Source of the DNA: the human T2T-CHM13v2.0 reference genome, Homo sapiens
Assembly (NCBI RefSeq): GCF_009914755.1
Contig: NC_060926.1
Length of the DNA: 64,000 nt
Strand: one strand, 5' to 3'
A model generated the notes under the pieces. It had not been told where the DNA came from, did not search any database, and saw nothing but the letters and a program-made list of their open reading frames with translations. Shown here piece by piece: positions 1 to 13,850 of the stretch (position 1 is the first letter of the stretch; every line of letters begins with the position of its first letter). The position numbers and the translations under genes were made by a program.

Positions 1-79
1 TTTCATACTTTCATTAGCTTTGGCTACTCCAAAAGATACTTCAGCTTGGCTTTTGAGACATGCCTGGATAAGGAATTTG

Positions 80-780
80 TATTTATTTCCATAGGCAATG
101 AGAATTTCATCAAACAAGGAAGAGAAGTGATATGATGGGGGTTGCAGCTTAAGGAGATCAATCCATCCTCCTTGGCACTATTAGATTAGAGTGATGGGCA
201 GACTAGTTAGAAAGCTGTTGTCATGACTAGGAGAGTAAAAATGCTAGGGGAACTAAGGTAGCAGTAATGGAAATGGAAAACAGTGAATGGAATTACAGCA
301 ATCATTTAAGAAGTTTTGATATTGCATTGTCCAATGTGAGGGGAAAGGTGGGAAGAGCCAACTGTGACTGTGAGGTATAAACCTTAGTTTCTACGGAAAT
401 GTTAATGCCGTGGAGAACAGGGTGGGCAAAAGAGTAATTTAGTTTGGATGATCAGTCATATTTTGGACATGTTGAGTTTGAGGTACCCAGCTGGGTATCC
501 AGGTGTCAGAAGTCTTTAAGGAAGTAAAGAATGTGATCCTGGAGCTCAGGAAAAAAGTTTAGGATGAGAGGCACATGTTTGAGTGATCAGTAAGGAGAGT
601 GGCATGAGAATTGAGGAGAAAAAATGGTCTGGGGACAGAATTTTAGGAATCTCAGGAGAGGAAAGGAGGAGCCAGTTAGGGAAACTGAGGTGTGGTCAGA
701 GAGGTAAGAAAAGATATAGGATACACTTGAGTAATGGAACCCCATAAAGAGCTTTTCTAGGAGGAATATTCACAAATAAC
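80..780. mobile_element. L2 LINE relic
   Basis: Degenerate L2-type motifs (ttttggacatgttgagtttgaggt; agagaggtaagaaaag); boundaries approximate. Confidence 0.55.
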
Positions 781-863
781 TGGGTTTAAAGGACTGTAGT
801 GAGCCCAGAAGAAGCTGGTTAGCTTGAATTGGTTGTAAATCTAGCCGGCATAGTTCATATTTC

Positions 864-947
864 CTTGAAATAATCAAGATAGCTTTATCTTGATTATTTC
901 TTGATTATGTCTTGAAATAATCAAGATAGCTTTATCTTGATTATTTC
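864..947. repeat. Two tandem copies of a perfect 15-bp-stem inverted repeat
   Basis: gaaataatcaagata-gctt-tatcttgattatttc at 867-900 and again at 914-947. Confidence 0.95.
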
Positions 948-3059
948 CAGTTGCCATTAAATTCTTGGAGTTCTATGGTTATTTGGATCACAAGTCATTT
1001 CCCGATTTAAGATTAAGTGCGCTCTCCAATTCTCTGACTTTGAGTATCTCTCATTGTGGGTTTTCCAGGAAGGTTGGGACTGATCAGACAGAGGTGGCCT
1101 AGGGATGGCTCTTCAACTTCTCTGTTGCTCTTGGTGCCTTCCCTGTGGTTTTTCCATGGCCTGTGCATTATGAAACTAGCTTGTGTACTTATTTTGTTTG
1201 CGCCAGTGTCAGGGTGTCAGGGAAGGGTATTATGTATCCCTCTTACTTGCTGAAATACATGAAATGAGATCCATGAATTAAGAAACAAAAATATTCACTT
1301 GTCAGATTGACTGTAGCCCTCTCTCTTTTTTGGCTCCAGCTGGATAAAAAAGCCCATGATGTTGAAATTTTAGTTCCTATGAACAGGAAGAATTAGGAAA
1401 CTGGGGGAAAGGAGGAACTTGTGAAAAAAAGTTATTGCCTGTTCTATCTGAAATTGACTTAAAGTGTCTAGTAAGTCCAGTTTTATGTGGTGGGGAATTA
1501 TCTTGTCTGTTGATTGAACATAAGAAGAGGTTCTGATATAAATGCTTTTGGAGGAGAGTGTGGTATTTAGGGATTTTTGCGTCAAGGTTAAAGAGAGCCA
1601 GGCCAGGAAAAAAACATTAGCAAGGTATTTCTGCCTCACTGTGGTGGAATGGGACTAAAAAAACATGGCTTTGCTTCTGGGCTCCACCATTGGCCTGCTC
1701 TGTGACCTTGGATAAGTCATTCAACTATTTTCAACCTGTTTCCTCGTCTGTAAAATGATGAGAGTAGGTTAAATGCTCCCTCCCATCTATAAAAATGTTT
1801 GACTAAGGTAATGAAATGTTTGACTCCCAATCCACTCTATGTCTAAAGGCGTGGGGAATCAATTTTATATTGCTAGGAAATAGGGACAAAACACTTCATG
1901 AGGTTAGAAATCTTGGATTATTCAGAGGATTTTAGTTGACCTTCCTTTAAAAACACAACTGTCCTTGTCAGAAGTGTAACCTGAGAATGTTAAATCCAAG
2001 AAAGCTTCTAACATCTGTACTACTTTTCCTACCAGAAATTTCAGACCTTTCTTAAAAAATTCAGGATGGATGAAGAAGTCACCACTAAGGGAAATGGTTC
2101 CCTGCTCTGTGCCTCCTGGTCTGTGCCCAGATGCTTAAGATAGCTACGCTTCTTGTCTAAGCACTCTTCCTTATTCTTTATTCTTGAATATTTTTTATTC
2201 GTTACAAGCCCTTCCTGATTCTTTAATCACTAAAAACAGAGCTTTTAGAGGGGTAGAAGAGGTGACAGGCTTGTTGTAATGTTCTTTTGTTTAAGCCGAT
2301 TATATTTATAAAGAGGGTGGAAGAAAACAAATTATTCTTCATGTGCATTGGTGCTGTATCAAACAAAAGAAAGAAACAAAGGTTAGAGACATTTCTCGAG
2401 TTTGATCCTGTGTCTGGGATTTTTTCAAGTCTGCCTCTGAAACTTAGACCTGTGTTGACAGAGAGCACATGCAATATTAAATGTGAGTCTTTCAGCCAGC
2501 CTTTCTTAGCTTGGGTTGATAGGATAGTGACTTGGGTTCTGTGTGTTTTGACCTTAAATCATGTAAATTAATAAGTTATTGTTCTGCAGAGGGAGCTTCT
2601 AAAATGTTTTGTTTTGTTTTCAAATGGTTCTCATTTAGACAAATCTCAAACAGCTACTTTAGTTACTTCTAAACTTTGTAGTTACATTTAGTTTTATCTT
2701 ATATGTTGTCTTTAATTCTATCTGTATAAATGTCTTTTATTCAAATATAAGTGAAAGAATTTATAGTAGGTGGAGTATATAAGGGGAAAGAGTTTTTAGC
2801 CTTACTGTAATGTGATTCTGCTAAATTAACAGGCATTTGTAAAAATAACTAGTTATCAAACTATTTGAATAGAAACTTTACAAATACATTTTTAAAATAA
2901 GATTGAATCAAATACTAAGGATAGAAGGGGAAGGGTGGACAAATAATCCAGTTGTCCCTATTTTATGAGAAGTAAATAAGATGATTACTTTCTAGATAAA
3001 GTATAAAACAGCCTGTGTTGGTATTTTTCTCCCAAAGTGTTTGGGTCTGGGGTGTTTCT

Positions 3060-3385
3060 TTTTCTGTTTTTTTTTTTTTTTTTTTCTCTTTTCTTTTCTT
3101 TTTGAGACAGGATCTGCCTCTGTCACCCAGACTGGAGTGCGGTGGCGCGATCTCGCCTCACTGCAGCCTCTGCCTCCTCGGCTCAAGGTATCCTCCTGCT
3201 TCAGCCTTCCAAGTAGCTGGGAATACAGACAAGCGCCACCACACCTGGCTAATTTTTGTATTTTTTGTAGAGATGAGGTTTTGCCGTGTTGCCCAGCCTG
3301 GTCTCAAACTCCTGGGCTCCAGGGTCTACCCGCCTCAGCCTCCCACAGTGTTGGGATTGCAGGCATGAGCTGCCATTGCCCAGCC
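3060..3385 (-). mobile_element. Alu (AluJ-like), antisense in UGP2 intron 1
   Basis: polyT, then gagacagg...ctcactgcagcctc...ctggctaatttttgta...cccagcc. Confidence 0.92.
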
Positions 3386-3849
3386 TTTTTCTGTAGTTTT
3401 CTATTTTTGTTGTTTGTATTTATCTAAGAGGGATTTCCGTCACCTTTAGTGAGATCCATCTGTCACAGAAGTGCCCGGCTATGCCAAAAGCATTAAAAGT
3501 CTAGTCTGACACACGTAAGCAGTGGAAAGTCTTGGCTGAAATTGGGAACCAGAAGATGGCAGGCAGCCCTATGCCCTTCTCCTTTTAAAATGAAAACGTC
3601 GATACAGGGAAGTAGAGGCACCTTGGAATTGCCAATACCTCTCAAGGGGTTCTTGTTTAGTGGAGAATATGAAACTGGAGTGAAACGAGTCCTAACTAGT
3701 TGACACCACTGAATTACTGCCACAGGATAAAGGGACCTTGGGATTGAGCCCTTTTCATTTGCTGAATACCAGAAATCAGTTATAGCTTACCAGCTGTTTG
3801 AATGGCTTCCTGGAGTTTTCAGTTGGTGGTTTTATGTTTTTGTTTTAAG

Positions 3850-3977
3850 ATCTTAGCAAAGCAATGTCTCAAGATGGTGCTTCTCAGTTCCAAGAAGTCA
3901 TTCGGCAAGAGCTAGAATTATCTGTGAAGAAGGAACTAGAAAAAATACTCACCACAGCATCATCACATGAATTTGAG
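3850..3977 (+). CDS. UGP2: UGP2 exon 2; holds the short-isoform start ATG at 3864 (Met12 of the long isoform)
   Basis: ttttaag|AT CTT AGC AAA GCA ATG ... GAG|gtaagg; encodes (D)LSKAMSQDGASQFQEVIRQELELSVKKELEKILTTASSHEFE, matching the human UGP2 N-terminus; 128 nt. Confidence 0.97.
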
Positions 3978-4561
3978 GTAAGGAGGTTTCTACAGTGTTC
4001 CACCCCCCCGCCCCTCCCTTCATCTGTCTTCATGCTGAGTTGCTGCCGGTGATGATGATAATCATCACCTCAAATCAGCACAAGATGTACGATAACATCA
4101 AAAACAAAAAAATTAGAATTGCTTAACAATTACCGGCTTTTAACATTTGCCCTTTGTAAATCCATTATCTTTTTTTCATTTAAGCCTAGGAAGTTTTCAA
4201 AGTCATTAAAATAATCAGAACCAAATTATACTTTGTTCTGTGTTTTGATGTCATTGGGTGGAGAAATGCATACCTGTGTTCAGTTGTAATTGAGAGAAGT
4301 TAGCTTCATATGTCCTGCATGCCTTTTCCAGAGAGTCACTTCTGATAGAACCATGCTACTTTGACAATTGTCATAGAAGTTTTCCAGAACTGGGAGGCAT
4401 TTACTTTTTTACTTATAAATCAATAGGTTAGTATTTTCATTTTTATATTTCAATTTATACTTAATGTTTTGAAGCTAGCTGTGTTTTATTTCTTTTTGTT
4501 CTTTTAGCGAAGATTAATTTTCATTGAGAAGTAGAGAAAGATATTGGTAAGTAAGTGTAGC

Positions 4562-5209
<648 letters not shown>

Positions 5210-5372
5210 TGTATTAGCTTTTAGGATGTGAAAAAGTCTTGCTCCCTCCATGTCCTAATGGTGTAAGAATTTCATTTAACGATATTTTAAATGTGTAACT
5301 TGTATCTGTCTTTATGTTTTTATTAAATATTAAGCATTCTGCTGGTTGTAACAATGACTTCTATTTTCACAG

Positions 5373-5480
5373 CACACCAAAAAAGACCTGGATGGATTTC
5401 GGAAGCTATTTCATAGATTTTTGCAAGAAAAGGGGCCTTCTGTGGATTGGGGAAAAATCCAGAGACCCCCTGAAGATTCG
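5373..5480 (+). CDS. UGP2: UGP2 exon 3
   Basis: tttcacag|CAC...TCG|gtaagt; HTKKDLDGFRKLFHRFLQEKGPSVDWGKIQRPPEDS; 108 nt. Confidence 0.97.
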
Positions 5481-6534
5481 GTAAGTTTTAGATAAAATGT
5501 AGGAAAATGTAGGGTAATCTTGGACACTGGTTTTAACTTAGGACGGTTGGGTAGTGTAGGGGACCTATAACAATCATGTGAGACAAGACAGGACTTGCTT
5601 TGAATTCTCTGACCCCTCATCCTGAAACTATGGAGACAGCCTTCAGCTCCTTTCCCTTCTTTTAGACCTCTGAGTCTTGCTGAGGTCCTCTAACAGTCTG
5701 ATCTCCCTGTGGCAGTACCCAGTATCCCTGGATATGAAATGACTTTTGCAAAGTACTAAATATCCCATAAGAGCTTCGTTTACTTTGTTTCTTCCTTCTC
5801 TCTCCCAAAACATTTGATTTCTCATTGCCCGTAGGGTCATGGATGCTTAGCCAGACCTTAAAGCTCTCTTCTTGTATTTTATTGGAATACAGCTTCACTC
5901 ATTAATTTATATACTATTTATCATAGCTTAAGCTAATGAATCTCTCTTGTTTTTTCCTAATGAGAAAATTATATATATAGTTCCTAGTTAGAGGTACGTT
6001 TATTTGCATATGTGGAAAATGTCTTTCAGTTCTTAATGTTTTAAAAATTATACATAACATTCTCACTATAAAAAAAAAAGCTAAAAAATAAAAATCTCAC
6101 GTAATGTTCTCTCTGAGGAGCCTCTTATTTTTGATGTTAAAGCTAAAATTCCTCTTGGCTGTAATGCTTAACAGTTACAATATGCATTTTTTTTTAGGGT
6201 CTATTTTGGTCTTTAATTTCCTTGACCCTAGTGAATGAATTGTGATTTATTTTTCTACTTTTAAGTAGTAGATTTAATAGTATTTTCTTCCAAGAAAGAG
6301 TTAGAATTCTTCTGGATAGGTATGTTGTTTAAGAAAATAAGTAGGTGTAAATTCAGTCAGATTCTTAAAAATGTTTGGGAACAGCCTAAAATTATAATAA
6401 ATTTAGGCACTATTTATTCCCACACCCCCCCGCCCCCCCGAAACACTTATAACTTTTGCTTAGGAATTACCCTAATTTAAGTAACCTCACTTATATAATT
6501 TATGATGGACCTGGGTATAGAAGTGTAGTTTCCT

Positions 6535-6836
6535 TTTTTCTTTTTTCTTTTTTTTTTTTAGACAGTCTCACTCTGTCACCCAAGCTGGAGTACAATGGCA
6601 TGATCAAGGCTCATTGCAGCCTCTATTTCCCTGGGCTTGTGTCCTCCCACCTCAGCCTCCTGGATAGCTGGGACCACAGGCATTTACCAACATGTCTGGC
6701 TAATTTTTGTATTTTTTTTGTAGAGATGGGGTTTCGCCATGTTGCCCAGGCTGGTCTCAAACGTCTGGGCTCGAGCAATCTGCCTGCCTTGGCCTCCCAA
6801 AATGCTGGGATTACAGACATGAACCACTGTTCCTGA
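6535..6836 (-). mobile_element. Alu (AluJ-like)
   Basis: Antisense dimeric Alu with T-rich tail. Confidence 0.9.
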
Positions 6837-7849
6837 CAGTGGTTTTGGTCTTAATTCTTGCTTGCAGACCTGGGAATTTTTTGTTTTCTACTGTACAAAC
6901 TTAACTTTTCGGAGACAGAGCCTACTTGAAGGAAGGTACGCAGATTTATTATGTTCAACATATTTTAGGGTTCAAGAATTAGTTTTTTTCAGTGGAGAAA
7001 TCTATCTTTTGTACTTTGAGAGATCATGATATATAGTAGGGATTCTTGAAGTGGGGGTCAGAGGGTGGAGAAGGAAGGAGAAGAGGAATCATGGGATTTT
7101 TTCGGTTCAGTACTACCCTACCCCATTCCCAGGAAAGTTCTGATAAATTCTTTCAGGAGGCTATGCCCATGTAGTGAGCCATAGTTACTGATAGTAATAC
7201 AGAATTGATATAGGACAAAAGAATAGAAATATAAAATAAATTCTAGATGTAACATGATTTTATGCCGTCTTTTTCTGTTTATAAAAGTGTAAGTCTTCAT
7301 TAAAAGTGTCTTTATTTTGAAGCATAAGTTTTAAGCTTCTTCAGAAAATGTATTTGCAATCCCATATGCCCTTAATCTTGAAAATTTTGGAATGCAGAGG
7401 CAAAAAATAAGTTTGCTCTTCAACTACGTCATGAGTATCTTGAGGGCACAAATGTGTTTTATATACGATATGCATGTTACCAGCTTTTGCAGATAGTTCT
7501 GAGAATACAAATCTTGAGCTAATGTTTGTTCACCTTGGTTCTTTTGGATTCCTCCTTCTAGCCTCCTCGTCCTACTCTTCTCTTTCCCATAGGTTTCCTT
7601 TCTCAGGTCTTAGAGATTATTATAGAGATCAATTTTCCTTTCAAAATGTAATTTTTAAAAGTGAACATAGGTCTTTTTTAAAAAAAAATGCAAATAATAT
7701 TTTATATTCCTAAGTAAAAAGAAATTACTGTGGAAGAACAGCCATTTAGAGTAACATTTCTCATGTCAGCCTTATATCAAAGGTGTGACATAAACATTGT
7801 CATACCAGTGGATCTATATTTTTGTGTATGAGTTGACAATTAGCAGAGT

Positions 7850-8020
7850 CAGCCACCTGGTTTGTAAGTAAAGTTTTATTGGAACACACCCACACATTCA
7901 TTTATGTATTGTCTATAACTGCTTTTTTGCAACAATGGCAGAGTTGAATAGTTGGAGTGGAGACAGTATGGCTTGTAACAAAACCTGAAATACTTATTAT
8001 CTAGCCTATTTACTGACCCC
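7850..8020 (-). mobile_element. MER58A-like hAT-Charlie DNA transposon fragment
   Basis: gtaaagttttattggaacac...tcatttatgtattgtctat...gcagagttgaatagttg; reverse-complement homologue of the element at 19455. Confidence 0.7.
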
Positions 8021-8129
8021 ATTTTAGTGTATGTATTTTCAGAACATCTTTGGTAGCTTTCTTTATTTCTTTGGCCCTCAGAAAACTGACCTCATATGCC
8101 TTTGTCATTTCAGATGATCACTTTTAATT

Positions 8130-8403
8130 TTTATCTTTATTTTTTATTTTCTTTTAGAGATGAGGTCTTGTTCTGTCACTCAGGCTGGAGGGTAGTGGCA
8201 CAGTCATAGCTCACTACAGCCTCGAACTCCTGGGCTCAAGGGATCCTCCTGCCTCAGCCTCCTGAGTAGGCAGGACTACAGGCATTGTGCCACCAGGCCC
8301 AGCTAATTTTTTTTTTTTTTTTTTTTTTGTAGAGACAGGGTCTCCCTATGTTGTCTAGGCTGGTCTTAAAGTCCTGGCCTCAAGTGATCCTCCTGCCTTA
8401 ACC
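8130..8403 (-). mobile_element. Alu (AluJ-like, 5' truncated)
   Basis: Antisense Alu with a long internal T linker. Confidence 0.88.
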
Positions 8404-8837
8404 ACTTTTTAGATAAAAATAGTTTTTCATAAATACTAGATTGAAGGACATATTTTATAGATAGGCATTGAAATTTTATATTGTGAGGTTTTACTCGTTC
8501 TTACCTTTTGTGTTGAATGCTTTGTTTTAGCTCTCAGTGAGTACATAGATGTTTTGTGAGAAGTCTTTTGAGTTCATGTTTTATGAATTATGGCTAATAA
8601 GAACCCAGTTTATAGCGTTATGGATAATGCTCTGCTCCTTCTTTGTAAATGTTAACTAAATGTAATAATAAGATTATCTTGATATTTAACTACATAAGTA
8701 AAAAAATTTTTATATATATATAAAGGTTAATGTTTTAAATTAGAGCAAGAAAGGACAAGCCAGCATATGTAGCTTATTTGACCATTTCATTGTTTTCCAG
8801 AGAGGTTATGAGAGTGTCTTGGTCTTGGCCAAGCTTA

Positions 8838-9269
<432 letters not shown>

Positions 9270-12200
9270 TCAATATTTAATAGGATCAAAAGAGTGAAGG
9301 TATATTTGTGAACAGGGAGGAGTTATGTAGGGTCATAGGGTAGAGAATTGGCATGAAGAGAATAGCATGCATCAATGTGGTATTTAGCTCCAATGGATTT
9401 TTTGTTTTGTTCCATAAAATTGCTGAGACTTTTTCTTAGTCTATCAATACAAAAAACATTAAAAGCTATTGTTTATTTATAAGGAAGTCTGAGGAAGTTA
9501 CAGTTTATGTGTGCAGAGTACAGATACATAGCATTTTTTTTTCTGAAGGTGAACCGTAGTACACTGTGCATTTAAAGTTTGCACATTAAAAGAAAAAAAT
9601 CTTGAGGCAATCTGGCCAAGCATCTGATATAGTATGCCATATAGGATGATTTGCTTTGAGCATGTGAAGATTTCCCAGCTGCAACTAGCCAATGATAAAG
9701 CCATTAGAGACTTGTTTTGTGTGTATGTGGAGATACACACACAAATGAGATTCTAAAAAGTATTCCACAAAAAGGAATTAGTGTCATTTAAAGAAATGGC
9801 TCTGAGGACATGGCTGAATACCAAAGAGTCTCATCATTTCTTTGACATAAAGTTTTAAAACAGTAATATATAGAAATACTGACACTAAGCAGACATACTA
9901 ATTTAGCAAATATTGCCAAAGCTTCAACTTTTGATTTCATGATGAATTGAACAGTTTTTGAATTTCCCTCGGGATTACCTTCCTTCACATTCCTTCGTGT
10001 ACAGGACTTTCAGAAATGGGGACCTGATAAAGGAACTGACAACAAGCCCATGATTATTAATTCCATACTGGTTACATGTCTATAATTTCACTTTAGAAAT
10101 AGCAATAGCAAATACATGGAACTTTAATGGCAGTTACATATTTGATTTGATAGACTCCAGGTTTTATTGTTGGACCAGGGTCTCTAACTACTGCCTTTGT
10201 GTCCAAAGTAGAGGACAGTCCAGTCCCACAGAATTGAATTCATTAGGAAAATCAGAGTGTGGGTTTAGGTGGTAATACTACTATTTGAACATTGCCAGTC
10301 CCTCCAATTCCAATTTCCACCCCACAGAGAAAGTATGGTGTTAAAGAAATGGTGTTAAAGTTTCTGAAACTTCTTTTGCCCACAGGCAGGCTAACAAGAA
10401 GGGAGATACAAGATGATTTTAGTAAAGAGTCCTTTACTAAGGACTTTACTGGAACAGATTGTGACGTAAGCAGGTTGGTATTTGGAACTCCATTTCTGTT
10501 AGCATACCTTTCCAGCTCCCTGAGTCATCTACCTTTGTCCTTTCTAATCATACTAAAGTGGAGTGTTCTTTTAAAACTATCTTCTTAGCTGATAAGGATA
10601 TGGGTCAGATGTTCCACAAGGTTGACTAATTTTATGACTTCAGCTGACTTCTATAAAAAGGTGATGAATATACATAACTGTTGGTAGTGTTTGAATTTTT
10701 TTAAACCATCTGTGTATCACTTTTACCTTTTACACTTAAAAAATACTCAGAAGTCTTTGAACTTCTTAAAATTTCTATAAAAATTCTAGATACAGTAAGG
10801 TTTAGGGAGCAGTTGGTACCTTCTCTTCATAGGTACCATCTACTTTGTAGGATCGTTTGCCATCTGTAACCACAGTGTTTTACTTATTTCTTGTTTTTTT
10901 CATCTGGGTTTTCTGCCAATTCTTTTATTGTCATCTCTTCTCTAGTTTTCCAGGTTTAAAGTGCACAGTTGGGAGCATTATAATTTTACATCTCTTTAGC
11001 ATTTTGGAAATTGCTACAATTTTTAATGAAAGGGCAGTAGTTACATGAGTTTGAGAGGCAAATATATCAAGAGGAAGAAATAAAATGCTGTAAGTAGGTT
11101 AACACATGAGCATTGAATAAGTGAGAAGCAACTTACAATATGTGTTTTAAAATCAACTTTTAATTTTAGAATAGTTTGATTTACAAAAAAGTTGCAAAGA
11201 TACACTATTTTTAACTAGAAACATTATAAAGCTATCCAAGCTAATTTGTTACTGTATCTCATTTTTAAAATTCCCACTGAGTCAAAGGAAGGACAAGGTA
11301 ATAACTAAGAGTACTGATGGAATTTTTCTTTCAAGGTCAGAAGTGAAAATATATGAAAGATAGCTGAGAAGAAACTTGGATGTGCCAGGAGAATACCTGT
11401 GACTAGACTAAATATGGAAAGAAGTAGAAGTAGGCCATTAAATACAGATTTCTATTTATAGATGGGCTTATTTAAGACAAGTGTCTTCATCGTACATAGT
11501 CCTAATGCCAACAGCAGATTGGAAAATATTCTCTTATTTCAAAAGAACAAGAAACACCATTTCAAAGGGTTTTTTGGTTTTTAATGAAGCAAAGCTTTAA
11601 GCATTTTTCCTTTTTTAAAACTTTGTAAAAAGCTGTGTATGCAAAGCTCTATATTCTGTAGTTAATGATTATTGCCAGTGTTTGGGTACTGACATGTCAG
11701 GCTTTGTGCTGAATCCTTTATGTTTGTGATTTCATTTAATATTCATAACAGACCTGGAAGATAGGTACTGTTATGTCATTTTACAAAAGAGGAAACTGAA
11801 GTTCAGAGTAAGTCACCTAAGAGAAGGGGCCCTGATGAACCAGGTGTAGATAGTCAGGCCCTAAGACCTGGTTCTTTGGTATCCTGTAGTAACAACAAGG
11901 AGTACATCCCTATGTTTATCTCTAGTGCACAGAATGTGGCATACTTTATGTGCTTATCAACAACAGTAGTAATAACAATAGCAACAAACATTTATTCAGC
12001 ACTAATAAGCATTCTTCTCAACTCTTCTACATGTGTTTTCTTACATGATACTCAGATAACTCTAGGAGCTCACTGTTATCCTTTTTTTCATAATGCAAGA
12101 CACAGTGGGGGCTGAGAGGGATTGAGTTATCCACACAATTTTCCTTAGCTAATAAGGCAGAATTTAGGCCCAGGTCTACCTGAGCCCGCATTCCTAATCA

Positions 12201-13077
12201 CTATGATGTATTGTAGAACACCCACCAGTTACCACCAGTGTTTGAAAGAAACTTGAAAGTCTTTAAAGTATGGCCTTTCCATCAGTTCTCCATCTTTGGG
12301 TAGAGTAGAGCAGGCTCCATTCCTTCCTTTAGAGCCTAAAATACCCTCACTTCTCTTTGAAGTTCTTCCCACGATACATTTAACAAATATTTATTGACTA
12401 GCTACTGTGTGATAGGCACTGGGCACTGAGATACAAGTGAACAAGATAGTCAAGGGCCTAATACTAACAGAGCTCTATTCTAGTGGGAGAGATAAAACAT
12501 AAATTCATAAATAAGTAAAATAATTTAGAAGACTAATTTCCCATCACTGCTCTTCTGGCCCAGGCTTACCCCCAACAGTCACATCTCCCTGTCTGAAGTA
12601 CTTTTTTCTGATTTATCTGTAGTCACTATGTGAGGCTGTCGAAGTCTCCTTTATTCATTACATTTATTCTACAGACCTATCAAATACCCACTGTTTTATT
12701 TTAATTATTGGGAATGCAAAAATAAAGACAGTCACTCCCCTTAAAGAACTTAAAATTTGGACCATACAGTGTTTCCCAAATTTTCCCGTAGAAAATGAGT
12801 AGGGTAAATGTAAGAGGCCGTTTAGTTGGGAAGGAGGCTGTGGCTGCCTCCAGCCCTGCCCAGCTGCCTAGAGGGCTGAAGGAATCAATAACACAGGCAT
12901 GCAATAGCAAGCCAGTTCAGAACTTTTGGTTTAGTGAGGAGATGTTTGCACAAAAATATGTTTATTGTGCAACTGAGTAATAGCTATGAATGTGGTTCAG
13001 GAGATATTTCACTAACAGGCTTCTACCTAGAGAGAATGAATAACTGGTGTTCTCCATTCTCAGAATGCTTGGGTCTA

Positions 13078-13380
13078 TTTTTTTTTTTTTTTTTTTTTTA
13101 AAGAGACAGGGTCTCACTCTGTTGCCCAGGCTGAAGTGCAGTGGTGTGACCATAGCTCATTGTTACCTTGAACTTGTGAACTCAAGGGATCCTCTTGCCT
13201 CGACCTCTTGAGTAGCAGGGACTACAGGCACGTGTCAGCATGCCCACCTAATTTTCAAATTTTTTATAAAGACAAGGTCTCGCTGTGTTACCCAGGCTGG
13301 TAACTCCTGGGCTCAAGCGATTCTCCTACCTAGGTCTCCCAAAGTGCTGGGATTGTAGGTGTGAGTGACCTCACCTGGCC
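13078..13380 (-). mobile_element. Alu (AluJ-like) with TSD ttgggtcta
   Basis: polyT, dimeric body, flanking direct repeat. Confidence 0.9.
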
Positions 13381-13489
13381 TTGGGTCTACTTTTTATTAT
13401 GCATATGTTCTCCCACCAAAGTGAGTGGCTTGCTTACCGAAGTCAGTTGTGCTTGTTCTCAAATGTGTTCATGCTAGTTATCTTGGTTA

Positions 13490-13850
13490 TAATGACATAA
13501 TATAATTAAATTTTATACAAACTAGTGAAATGGGTTTAAAAAAGCTCTTTCTAAGAAAACTGAATTGAATGCTTTGGGAAACTTGGATAAAGAGTAATAG
13601 CAAAAAAAAATGTTGAATAGGTGTGACAACTAAGAAAGACTGGGAAAATTTCATAAATCTAGAATGATTCTTCTGCATGCAGATTGTTTCACAAATGTCT
13701 AAGCTCTTGGTCCACTTGGAAGAAACTGAAACTGAAAATCACAGAATGTATATTATTGATGTGGTTTATTTAAGAAAGATGACACACAGCTCTGGGTCAA
13801 CAGATTCGTGCTATAAATAAGGAAAAGACCCTGGTGAATGAATGTAGACT
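13490..13850 (+). mobile_element. Tigger/pogo-family DNA transposon relic (CENP-B-type HTH region)
   Basis: Broken frames read KTELNALGNLDKE / IGVTTKKDWENFINLE / STWKKLKLKITECILLMWFI*ER. Confidence 0.65.

Noticed and set aside
2992-3427. ORFs of 64-128 aa here, and similar ones at 4580-5037, 6456-6904, 8835-9251, 17382, 42802, 54739, 57357 and 62417
   Set aside because: They are translations of Alu sequence ([21 protein letters not shown] motifs), not genes.
1-3849. UGP2 promoter or exon 1
   Set aside because: No CpG island and no MSRFVQ-coding sequence in this stretch; the first exons lie upstream of the window.
3978-4052. Extension of the exon 2 ORF (VRRFLQCSTPPPLP...), and similar overhangs on ORFs at 29998, 33188, 33933, 34958, 37601, 45042 and 47015
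   Set aside because: Read-through across canonical splice sites; the spliced frames give the known proteins.
4048-4069. 9-bp hairpin ggtgatgat-gata-atcatcacc containing a C-box-like ATGATGA
   Set aside because: No matching D box or terminal stem at snoRNA distance, and the stem is short and low-complexity.
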